Origin: Antechinus flavipes
Lineage: Eukaryota
Assembly (NCBI RefSeq): GCF_016432865.1
Contig: NC_067401.1
Location: 129,766,001-129,830,000 of the forward strand
Direction: 5' to 3'
DNA length: 64,000 nucleotides
Each line of letters begins with the position of its first letter. Positions within the stretch are counted from its first letter, which is position 1. A model generated the notes under the pieces. The model worked only from the letters and a program-made list of their open reading frames with translations, was not told where the DNA came from and ran no database searches. Positions 24,741 through 35,054 of this stretch are shown one piece after another. Position numbers and translations under genes: made by a program.

Positions 24741-25239
24741 TCTTCTGTTAGACCATCTATCAGTATTGTTTTAAAGCCCTGAGTCTTTGGAATTTGTAAC
24801 TGATATTGAATACCTTTCTTTCTTCTTTCAAAGGGGCAGATCCCCACTCTGTAAGTGATTTAGATTTGTTGATGATAGCTCTCTGAATTTGCATACACTA
24901 GGAAAGAAGGACTTCCTCAAGGAGACTTGGAAGATTACTTGTTAAACTGAGTTCCAGTTTGTTTTGAGAAGTATGAAGAGGTCCAGAGAAGTCATCAGTC
25001 TGAATAGGGAAGCAGCTTTTGAATAATTGAAAAACAACTGTTTCCAAGGACTAGTCCCTCAAAAGGACCCCTCTTCCTTACAGATCTGCTGCTCACGCAC
25101 CCAGACATTCCAAGTAACCTGGGAAGAGACTGGGAAGAGCTATTTGGAAGTTTGGATAGCATGGGGAGAAAAGTGATGGGGTGGGTTGGCTCTGAACACA
25201 CCCTTTTGCCTTCCCTCCCAGCTTCCTACCACCCCTCCC

Positions 25240-25391
25240 CCAAGTGAAATGTGGGGCTGGCCCTTCTCTGTCTGTGTCCCCATTGGCTGGCAAAGCAGCA
25301 AGGGGGGATTTAAAAAAGGAGAAAGTGCTGGGAGAGGGACTGGAGCCCGGGAGTGCTGAAAGGTTTGGTTGCCCCCACCCTAGCTGGCACC
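25240..25391 (+). promoter_or_regulatory. SOST: SOST proximal promoter/5'UTR: E-box CAAGTG (25241-25246), RUNX-like TGTGGG (25250-25255), inverted CCAAT box ATTGG (25282-25286), TATA-like TTTAAAA (25309-25315)
   Basis: Motifs read directly; cattggctggca...ggggatttaaaaaagg resembles my recollection of the human SOST core promoter (cattggctggca...ggctttaaaaagg); spacing to the ATG is appropriate. Confidence 0.75.
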
Positions 25392-25611
25392 ATGAAGTTC
25401 CCACTGGTCCTTTGCCTGCTGTGCCCACTGGTCCAGGTTGCTTTCCACTCTGTGCAAGGGTGGCAGGCCTTCAAGAATGATGCTACGGAAATCATCCCTG
25501 AGCTCAGTGAGCACCCTGAGCCTCCACCTGATCTGTCGAACAGCAATAACAAGACGATGAACCGGGCGGAGAATGGAGGGAGATACCCACATCACCCCTT
25601 GGAGCCCAAAG
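25392..25611 (+). CDS. SOST: Sclerostin exon 1 coding part (signal peptide + N-terminal arm), 220 nt
   Basis: Kozak ggcaccATG; [73 protein letters not shown]; [17 protein letters not shown] and [12 protein letters not shown] are sclerostin signatures; donor AAAG|gtattc at 25612. Confidence 0.98.
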
Positions 25612-26074
25612 GTATTCAAAGTACAATAACCCAAGACAGAAAGGGGGAGAGGGTTGTCCTTTATGAGGGCCCCTGTGTCTAGATGCTGTTATATTCATCA
25701 GGGTTTCAGAACCATTAATGATATTGGGGAAGCCATTCTTCCCATCACTAGGGGATGTCTAACTGCCTAACCATAGTTAGTGCCATAGTTCTCCATCCCA
25801 CCACTCCTGGGTGGTCTGGTAGCTGGGAAAGTTGTCAAATTTCCTTCTTTATAGAACTTTTAAAGAATGGAGGAGACAACCCTCTCTTTTAGACCCACTA
25901 AATGCTCCAGGGGAGCTGGCAAGGGAAGCTACCTGCAGCATCAGGGTTTGGCCACCACAATATGAGGTAGAGCAAAGAGTTGTCGCCCCAGGACACAGCA
26001 ACTATGACAGATGTGCTTCGCAGCATAATTATTGGTTGCTGGTGAAGATGGAGTAAAAGGAATATAAATGGTGA

Positions 26075-26215
26075 TAGGAACTTTAGAACTGGGAGGAATT
26101 TCAGAGACCACCCAGTCCATTTTATATATGAGAAAACTATGGACCACAGATGTGAATTAACTTGCCCATGGTTACACAAGTAGTAAATAGCAGGTTTTCT
26201 GATTCCAAATTTAGA
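26075..26215 (-). mobile_element. MIR3-type SINE in the SOST intron
   Basis: tttagaactgggagg...cagagaccacccagtcc...gagaaaact...acttgcccatggttacaca. Confidence 0.65.
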
Positions 26216-27689
26216 GTATTTTTTTATTATACCTTGTAACTCTGAGCAAAGTACAGGAGCCAGAAGCTCAGCTTCTGAGAAGCAGAAGACTAGTGGAGTA
26301 TAAGGATCAGGACAAAACAAACCAACAAAAAACAAAATCCCAACACAACAACAATCCTTTCTTTACAGGCAGGGTAGAAAGAAAAAGTCTACCTTAAAAA
26401 TCTACCTTAGTGAACTAGTGCTAGGGGAGGGAAACATGGGGGGAGGGTCTGGGTCTATCCAGTATTCAGTGAGAATTTCAGATTTTGTCTTAGCAAGATC
26501 AGAAAAGTAATCCTTTGTACTTAAAGGTTTTTTCCCATGGTTCCTGGCCTCTATGGCTTCTCTTCCTCCCTCCCACCCACAGCATAAAGATATTTTAGCA
26601 GTAATTATAGTAAGCATGGGGCATGTTGAATTGTGTTCCATTTAACAAATCCTCAAACTTAATCTAGGGCTACAAGTCAGAAGGAAATCTTATCTGAGAG
26701 ATTGTCAGATTAGCAATCAGAAAGACTGGGGCTGTAAGGCCCTATGAGATCAGCCACAGACAAACCATCTCAGTGGAAGAGAAGGAATTGCAAGTGATTT
26801 CTCTTCCATGTATGTTTGGGATAAGGGGATCCATCTAGCCATATTCAGAGGTCTCCAGGAAAGGGAAGCCCACAGGATGGGATTGTTCTGGTTCTCAACT
26901 TCCCTGGGCAGAAGGAAAACAGGAACAGGAAAATAGTTCTAGATCCTGAGGATACAGCATTTAGGAATTAAGTGGGGCAGGAGATGATTTCTGAATTCTG
27001 CCCAATGTAGTCCAAACTCCAAAAAGGCCTTTTGAAAATGACCATAGCTGCCATTTTTTAGTGTACTTACAAAATGCCTTATGTACAACTTCAAACCCCT
27101 GTGAGGTCAGTGCTACAGATATCTGTATTCCCATTTTACAGATTCTGCAAACCTAAAGTCTAGTGGAAGAGGGGTCTCTGGGTTTACATGAGTAAACATG
27201 CTTGCCCTGAGAATCCTACCACTCAAAATACCATCTCCTTCTCTACAGAGGAGGAAGTACCTAAAGTGGACTGCACTATTCTTAGCTCTAGAAGCCTCTT
27301 TCCCTAGGCAAAAACAGGCCACCCCCACACTCTGCAACCCCAGCTCTTAACTAGGAAGGAGTACAACCTGGTGAGGGAAACCAAATAAAAGCACTTAGGG
27401 GCTAAAGCTAACACTACTGCCCACAGGTCCTCTCTCTGGCTTGAAGCTTCTGGGTTTCTGGCATAATCTTGGGGGAAGACTTTCTCATTCCCTCTTGCTT
27501 TCAATCCTGGGGATCATTTTTCAATACCCCCTCTCAGCAATCAGTTCAGCTGTTCTTTGTCTGAAAGAGTTCAGAGCTCAACCCAAAAGCAAGAGGTATG
27601 GCCATCCCACAGAGAAAGCATCACATTCCCGGCCTTCCCTGGGACTCAGACACCCCATTTTAAAAAAATAAGCCTCTTATTACTACAGA

Positions 27690-27830
27690 CCTAAAGATAT
27701 GAATTCAGATCTGGAAGGACCTCACAAGCCTAACCCTGTCATTTTACAGATAAGGAAACTGAGGCCCAGAGATTAAGTGACTTGCCTTAAGTCACACAGA
27801 CAATAAGCTTCCAAGAAGAGGTTTGAACTC
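27690..27830 (-). mobile_element. MIR3-type SINE in the SOST intron
   Basis: ctggaaggacctcac...ttttacagataaggaaactgaggcccagagattaagtgacttgcc. Confidence 0.75.
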
Positions 27831-28839
27831 TGATTCCAACATATCATTCATTGGTTTTTAATCAAGCTCAGCTCCCTTTCTTGGTTTTAGCTTATGATTT
27901 TTAGAGTGCTTTACCTGTTTTGAGCCTTGCAATGAGACAGGTACTACTAATACCTTTTTTCTTGGAGACAGAGAGGTTACTTTTCAGGTAGGAAGTGTCT
28001 GAGGATTATTTTGTTCACTATGCAACCAAGATGCCTATACTTGGAAAGAATGAAGTGCCTTCTTCTTCAACCCTGGGACTTGAAACCTTAATGTTTCTCT
28101 CAGGGGGAATAAACAACTCTCCCCTATTTCCCTACCAAGTTCATCTATAGAACTTATATTATTCCTAAAGCCCCATTTCTGTCCCCTACTTCCAGCTCCC
28201 ACTCTCATAGCCATCAATCTCTGTATCCTGCTTTGCTTCCCTGTACAAGTTCAGTTGCTCCTATGTCCATAATGATTTCCTTTCTCTGTTTTAGTTTCCT
28301 GTGAGACTTTCAGGACAGAATAAACAAGGCTGGATTCTCTCTGCCTTGATGTGTAAAGGAATAGAGGGATTTGGCACCTTTAAAACTGGGGAAAAGAGTT
28401 CAGCTAAACTGGGCTGGGGGGAGGAGAGGATGCTCATAACACACCACAGTAAACATTTTCCCATTGAAATGGTTCCCACATCTGCTGAACAACCAGTGCT
28501 AGAATTCTGTCCTTGATAATCCTTTTTTATCCCTTCTCTGGTGGACAGGAGTCACTGTTAAGTTAAATCCTCTCGGCATCTGGGGGAAGGGATTTGGGAG
28601 CAGGCTAGAATCAGGCAAGAGGGGCTTGGTGCGCCCAGAAAACTATCTGAGGCAGGATGGATGAGACAGGCGTCATTAGCTGGTTTGAGTGACCCAAAGT
28701 GGTTTGCTTTTGGGACTTTCCCAAGATGTTTTCGGGGACAATCCAGTTAGTTTCAAAAACGCAGTGGTCACTGACAGCCCTACAGCTACACAGGTCAAAG
28801 TGCAGGGCATCCTTTGACCAAAAGGAAATAATGTGACTT

Positions 28840-29680
28840 GAACGATGGGCTCGAGGAAAGAGGCTCCTAGGGTTGGTGGGAGGGGGCAGAGGCCGGTGGG
28901 GAGGGCAGCGCTTGCTGCATGCAGTGGTCAGTGGAGAGGTCAGGGAAGCTCCAGCCGTCTCCGGCTCTTCTCGCCTGTCACTAGCGCGCTCCTTCCCCTT
29001 GTCCCCACAGACGCCTCGGATTACAGCTGCCGGGAGCTGCATTTCACCCGCTACATCACCGACGGGCCCTGCCGCAGCGCCAAGCCGGTCACCGAACTGG
29101 TGTGCTCGGGCCAGTGCGGGCCAGCGCACCTGCAGCCCAACGCCATCGGGCGCAAATGGTTGTGGCGCCAGAGCGCCGCGGACTACCGCTGCATCCCGGA
29201 CCGCTACCGCACGCAGCGCGTCCAGCTGCTGTGCCCGGGGGGCGAGGAGGCTCGGACTCACAAGATCCGTGTCGTGATCTCCTGCAAGTGCAAGCGCTAC
29301 ACCCGTTTCCACAACCAGTCCGAGCTCAAGGACTTCGGCAAGGAGGCCGCTCGGCCCCCCAAGAACAAGAAGCCCCGGCTGTCCCGGATCCGGAGCGGCA
29401 AGGCCAAACAGCCCGAGCTGGAGAATGCCTACTAGGGCGCCCGACACCTTGCCCCGGCTCGTTCCACCCTCCCAACGCGCCAGAGCCGAAGCCGCCCTCC
29501 AACGGCGTCGGGGGCTTTGTTTCTTTGTTTTATTTTCTTGCCTGAAGCCCGGGTAGGCAGGGTCTGTCTCCCCAAATCCCGAAGCCAGAACCTTCTGTCG
29601 CAGAGGCTGAGGTGGACAGGTAGACAGTCCACTGGACACCTGGGAGGGGATCGAGCAGCGTGGAGCAGCCACGTGAAGGG
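28840..29680. other. CpG island covering SOST exon 2 and flanks
   Basis: Dense CpG and very high GC (near-exclusive G/C third codon positions) in an otherwise AT-rich, CpG-depleted window. Confidence 0.85.
29011..29435 (+). CDS. SOST: Sclerostin exon 2 coding part (cystine knot + C-terminal tail), 425 nt; total CDS 645 nt = 214 aa
   Basis: Acceptor ccttccccttgtccccacAG at 29010; phase-1 junction restores Asp (g|ac); [15 protein letters not shown]...CSGQC...PNAIG...CKC...[10 protein letters not shown]...ELENAY*; 8 Cys of the DAN-family knot present; frame intact. Confidence 0.99.
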
Positions 29681-31100
29681 GCGGGAGGACTCCTGCCAGC
29701 CTTTCTGGGAAAGGGAGTGCTGGGCCTCCAAGACACCCCCAGACCCACCAGCACTACCATAGGAATTTGGAGGGGAGATTCTCTTCACTGTCCCATCTCT
29801 TCTGCCAACTTGCTCATACCCCAAGAATTAAAAGAGAGGGCTTTGGAACGAATAAAGGGTATATTAAGGTTGGAACTTTGCAACCTTCAGCAGTATTTAT
29901 CATCTACTGATTAGAAAAGAAAGTGACCTGAGATTAGTCCCCCTTTGGCTCCTGGTCCCAATTCCATTTGAAGGCCTTTTTGGTGCAATATCAGGTTGTC
30001 AAAAAGGAAAACTCCACCTTTAAAGAGGAAGGGGACAGAAATTAGCCCTGTAAGACATAGACAACTTTAAGAATCTAAGCTATGAGATCATCTCTCCCTT
30101 CTTCCAAAACCTAGATAAGTTCACTAATGTTCACAGAGGATGGAGAGAAGGTCTCTTTCACAGCCTGCTTTCCAGTTCAGTTTTAAGCAAAACCTTCCCA
30201 CTCCAGGGGAATATAGCTTGCAAAGCTTGTGAACTTTCATTTTTAGCCACCAGTGAATTGTCAGGGCAAGGAGATAAGCTAACGCCCAACACTAAGAGCA
30301 GGGAAGGGGAGGAACAAAATATTAGGTTTTTTGGAGTAAGCCCAGAGTGAGGGGTGTTGGGGAAAACAGCTGGAGAAATCTGTGGCCCTCTTTCCCCAAA
30401 GAACAGTTCTATTCTGACCTAACACTTTCTTTCTTATGGTAACTTCTGCAAAGTTCTCTTGTGACTTCACTACCCTCCCAGCCCTTTCCCTTCCCTGCCC
30501 CACTACCTGGGGTCTGTCCACAGGCCTTCTTAGCAGAGACCAGTGTTGGTTCAATGTAAAAGATGAGCCAGTTGAAAGGCCTGGTCCATGCACATGTAGT
30601 TCACTGGCACACTCATATCCTGAAAATAGCTTAACACCATGCATACATGTGTTGACGCTCCTTTCATTAAAAGATTATTATTGGAAAAGAAAAATAACAA
30701 AAAAAAATTGCAACTGCTGTACATATGCTGAAAAACCACAAAATGAAATAACTATAGTCCAAAAATCTTTTGACAAAACATTTTCAAAATTTTCTGTATA
30801 GTTTTAAAAATGTTTTGGGGTGTGTGTGTGTGTGTATGTGTGTGTGTTTGTATATATATATGTGTGTGTGTTTTTTAAGTGTATTCAATGTGAAAGCCTG
30901 CAGGTCTGGTAGCTTGCATTTGCAGTCCCTCCAGGTGGGACCCTGACGCAGGAATGAAAGTAATTGTTTTTAAAAGAATAAGTTACATATTTATTTTCTT
31001 GTTTAAGTTATTTATGCAAAAGTATTTTTCTCATAGAGAAAAAATTAATATTGCTTTATGAAATAACAGTCTTGTCTTTCAGGATTCCAAATGTATTGTT

Positions 31101-31145
31101 AATAAAGACAAATGATTATTAAAGAAAGGATGTGTTTCTTTTTTT
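31101..31145 (+). terminator. SOST: SOST polyadenylation signal region (AATAAA 31101-31106, ATTAAA 31118-31123, downstream GU/U-rich tract)
   Basis: Canonical hexamer ~1.67 kb after the stop, followed by ggatgtgtttcttttttt; context ttgttaataaagaca matches the recalled human SOST mRNA end. Confidence 0.8.
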
Positions 31146-31169
31146 AAAAAAATCACACAAATCTTGTCA

Positions 31170-31700
31170 ATGATACTACCCTTTTTATAGTCACCTAAGC
31201 TTGACACCTTAAAGTCACCTTCACTCCTCCATCACCTGAATCAATTCAGTCACTGTTTTGCCAATTCTTACTTTGAAATGTTTCCCTTTATCCACCTCTA
31301 ACCTTCCCATTTTTCCTAATCTCAGACCAGTTCTGGGCCTCACAGCCTCCAGCCTGCATTACTGTAGAAGTCTTCTAAGTGGTCTAAGTCCAGCTTTTCT
31401 CCCTACCCAATCTATCCTATCCTCTGATGCTAGATTAATCTTTCAAAGGCATCCCTTTCATCTTGTTAGCTCCTTGTTAGATGCCTCCAATAATTCCTCT
31501 TTGCCTAAAGGGAAAACTTCAGCTGTGCATTCAAGGCACTTGACAACAAAATAGCCAACCCCCATTTTCTCTATGTAACTTTATCTTCTTTACCCCCAGC
31601 CAGAAATCTCTCTAGCAGATCGGATCAGTGTTATTTCTCAGACAGGCCATATTCATTCCCAATTCCATGTCTTTGTTCTTCCCCCACCTTGTAATACTCC
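31170..31700 (+). mobile_element. L2 fragment immediately after the SOST polyA site
   Basis: ccagcctgcattactgtagaagtcttctaagtggtct..., ctagattaatctttcaaag, cattcaaggcacttgacaa. Confidence 0.65.
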
Positions 31701-31704
31701 TCCC

Positions 31705-32320
31705 CATAACTATTTTGGAAAGCAATTTGGAATTATGCTAAGAAAGTGACAAAAATGACTATACACTTTGACTCAATCAATCAATCAAACAATCAAACAA
31801 TCAAACAAACATTTATTACTTGCTTACTGTCAGGAATTGAACTTAGTTCTGGGAAACAAAGAAAAATAAAAGGTAGTCCTTGTTCTCAAGTAGCTCATAA
31901 CTTAAAGATGTAGCCAGTCTACAAACAACTATATGCAAACGATTTATAAATAAGAACTAATCAACAGAAGAAAGAAATTAGAATTAAGAAATATTCCGAC
32001 AAGATTCCAATAGAGATCACACTGTCAGGCTACCCTATGGAAGTCAACAATAGAAAGACTAATATACATCAAAATATTTATAGTAGAACTTTTTGTAGTA
32101 TCAGAGATCTAGAAACAAAGTAAATTTTCATTGACTGGAAATGGCTAAAGAAATTGTGATTTATAAACATTACTAAGCTTATAGCATATAAGAAACTATG
32201 CTATAATAAACATTGAATATGAATAATATAGAAGCATACAAAACATATGAACTGATGAAAAGTAAAGTTAGCAGAACCAGGAAAACAATATATACAATGA
32301 CTACCACAATGTAAATGAAA
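31705..32320 (+). mobile_element. Older LINE-1 ORF2-end fragment interrupted by an L2-type insertion (31773-31995, minus)
   Basis: tttggaaagcaatttggaattatgc...actttgac, resuming as gattccaatag...atgaactgatgaaaagtaaagttagcagaaccagg. Confidence 0.7.
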
Positions 32321-32539
32321 GTATAGGGGGTTAGGGATTGGAGCTTGGATTTCACAGATACTCAGATATACGTCTTCTACTAATATGATCAGCATCTTCT
32401 TGCAACTTGTCCTCTTAAAGAACTGTTACTTAAAACACCAGCCAAATGAGCTGGTGAGGATCACAAAGTCAGTATGTATCAGAGTTGGACTTGAAACCTG
32501 GTCTTCTTTTTAAGCATCTAAGCCCAGAAGTTCTAATCA

Positions 32540-32540
<1 letters not shown>

Positions 32541-32582
<42 letters not shown>
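32541..32582. repeat. (CA)21 microsatellite
   Basis: Direct read. Confidence 0.95.
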
Positions 32583-32586
<4 letters not shown>

Positions 32587-32613
32587 TCTACATCTATATA
32601 TATATATTTGTAT

Positions 32614-32757
32614 TTTTTTGGTGAGGCAATTGGGATTAAGTGACTTGCCTAGGGTCACACAGTTAATAAGTGTTAAATATCTGAGGCTGAATTTGAACTC
32701 AGGTTCTCCTGACTTCAGGGTCTATGCTCTATCCACTGTGTTATCTAGTGGCCCCTT
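32614..32757 (-). mobile_element. WSINE1-type short CORE-SINE
   Basis: tttttttggtgaggcaattgggattaagtgacttgcctagggtcacacag...gaatttgaactcagg...tatccactgtg. Confidence 0.8.
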
Positions 32758-32759
32758 TG

Positions 32760-33670
32760 GTATATTTTTAAAAGATGTTTTATTAACATGCTATTTTTTT
32801 CTTTTTGCATCATTACTATTCTCCACATGCCAAAACTGTTCTTACTTTTCCAAAAACTAGTATTCCCCTACATCAAATAACTATAGTCAAGCAAAGCAAA
32901 TATATGCATTGGCTATTGGGGAGTGGCTCTGGTACTTATATATTTGAATCAATTCTCTATGTTTCTTGGATATCAGATATTTATCAGAAAAATTTGCTGC
33001 AAGTATTTTTGTAGCAAGTCATATGAGAATGAATATCTCATTTTGGGAAGGAATAAGTATATAGCCTCTACTGTGTGCAAACACTGTACTAAACACTTTT
33101 ACAAACATTATCTCATTTGATCCTCACAACTCCCATTTTTACAATTGAGGAAACAGACAAATGTTTAGAGACTTGCTCAGAGTATCTGAGCAAGGACTTA
33201 AATTCAGGTCTTTCTGCCTCTGGACTAAGAATTCTATATGCTTCGACATTAGCTGCCTCTACTTTGCCACATTTCTGTCAAGAAGTGGCAAGCATGTTTC
33301 ATCTTCAGTTCTCTAGTCATAGTTGCTTGTTGCAATTGATCAAAGCTAAGTCTTTCAGAGTTGTTTTCCTTTATAATATAGTTATCATCATATGAATTAT
33401 TTTCCTGGTATTCTTCATGTCACTCTGTACCAGAATATAATCTTACATTTCTCTGAATTTGTCTCACAATTTCCTATAGTGCAGTCATCATTACATTTGT
33501 ATTCCATAATTTATCTAAACGTTCCTCAATTCATGGGACCTTTCCCTTTCTTTCATGTTCTTTGTTATAAAAAAAGTGCTGTTAAAATATTTTTGTTCAC
33601 ATGTGTTTTTCCCTCCTTTCTTTTTTCTCTTGGATGTAATGATATTGGGAATAGGGTAAAAAGCACTTTA
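32760..33670 (-). mobile_element. Diverged LINE-1 3' fragments split by a MIR (33050-33260)
   Basis: Degenerate reverse-complement L1 3'UTR/ORF2 motifs (ataatttatctaaacgttcctcaat...aaaagtgctgttaaaatattttt). Confidence 0.6.
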
Positions 33671-33802
33671 TAAATATTATTTCACTTGAGTTTCATAATG
33701 ACCAGCAAGGTTAGTACTATTACCCTTATTTAATAAACAAGGAAACTGAGGCTGAAAAGTTAATATAGCCAATAAATGTCTGAGGATGGATTTGAACTAT
33801 CT

Positions 33803-34128
33803 NNNNNNNNNNNNNNNNNNNNNNNNNNNNNNNNNNNNNNNNNNNNNNNNNNNNNNNNNNNNNNNNNNNNNNNNNNNNNNNNNNNNNNNNNNNNNNNNNN
33901 NNNNNNNNNNNNNNNNNNNNNNNNNNNNNNNNNNNNNNNNNNNNNNNNNNNNNNNNNNNNNNNNNNNNNNNNNNNNNNNNNNNNNNNNNNNNNNNNNNNN
34001 NNNNNNNNNNNNNNNNNNNNNNNNNNNNNNNNNNNNNNNNNNNNNNNNNNNNNNNNNNNNNNNNNNNNNNNNNNNNNNNNNNNNNNNNNNNNNNNNNNNN
34101 NNNNNNNNNNNNNNNNNNNNNNNNNNNN
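33803..34128. other. Assembly gap (N run)
   Basis: N characters between a SINE and an L1. Confidence 1.
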
Positions 34129-34640
34129 GGATGCTGATGGCTCTCTCCATCACAAATCTATTGGAATTAGTCTGAATCACCTCATTATTGAAGAGTCACA
34201 TCCATCAGAATTGATCAGCATATAATCTTGTTGTTGCTATGTACAATGTTCTCTTGGTTCTACTTACTTTTCTTAGCATCTCATGCAAGTCTCTCGAGGC
34301 CTTTCTGAAACCATCCTGCTGATCAAGTCTTATTGCTCAATAATATTCAATAACATTCATATACCATAATTTATTCAGCCATTCTCCAACTGATGGGCAG
34401 CCACTCAGTTTTCAGTTTCTTGCCACTATAAAAAGAGCTGTTGCAAACATTTTTGCACACATGGGTCCTTTCCCCCTTTTTTTAATGATTTCTTTGGGAT
34501 ACAGGTCCAGTAGAGACAGTACTAGATCAAAGATTATGCACAGTTTGATATCTTTTCCTCTCATCTTAGCCAATCTCAGAGGTGTGTAGAAGTACCTCAG
34601 AGTTGTATGAATTTGCATTTCTTTGATCAATAGTTATTTA
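34129..34640 (-). mobile_element. LINE-1 3' fragment adjoining a gap
   Basis: ggctctctccatcacaaatctattgg..., attcagccattctccaactgatgggcagccactcag, agtacctcagagttg. Confidence 0.88.
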
Positions 34641-35054
34641 GAGCACTAAAAATGTTCTTTCTGTAGATGATTATATGATAAGGGACAGCAAGAGGAGTAA
34701 GAGTACTAAAGAACATGAGTTAAACAGACTACATTTATATCTCCTCTCCATGACTCTCCTACCTTTTACAAGCTGAGAAAGTCACCCAGTTTCTCAGTTT
34801 CAGCTTACTCATCTGTAAAATGGGAATGATAATAACACTTATGTCATGGGATTGTTATGAGGATCAAATGAAATAAAATGTGTACAGTGCTTTGTAAACT
34901 TCAAAGCATTATAGAAATCCTTCAATAAATAATTTTTTAAAATCAAAGAACATTATTTGACATTGTTGACCACTACCTCCTTTCTGAAATATTTTTCTTT
35001 TGGAAGTATAAAGGACTGTTCCTTTACTGGGGAATAGTTAAAGAAAATATGACT

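Larger units (their letters stand above)
25612..29010 (+). other. SOST: SOST intron 1 (3399 bp, GT-AG), containing several MIR-type SINEs
   Basis: GT at 25612-25613, AG at 29009-29010; phases of the two exons match. Confidence 0.95.

Noticed and set aside
25353-25682. Extended 109-aa ORF around SOST exon 1
   Set aside because: Upstream start is a non-ATG codon and the C-terminal part is read-through into intron 1; the real start is the Kozak ATG at 25392
28870-28904. G-run cluster (G-quadruplex or hnRNP H/F sites) upstream of the SOST 3' splice site
   Set aside because: The fourth G3 run needs an 11-nt loop, and G-runs are expected at a CpG island edge
28845-29010. N-terminal 55 aa of the 196-aa ORF (MGSRKEAP...)
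   Set aside because: Intronic in-frame extension upstream of the clear splice acceptor at 29010
28611-29672. 353-aa antisense ORF over SOST exon 2 (plus 130-147 aa overlapping ORFs)
   Set aside because: Stop-codon avoidance is expected on the opposite strand and alternative frames of a very GC-rich exon; no recognisable domain
33776-34225. Long ORFs containing X runs (also at 11804-12132, 37402-37821, 47534-47929)
   Set aside because: Artefacts of N gaps
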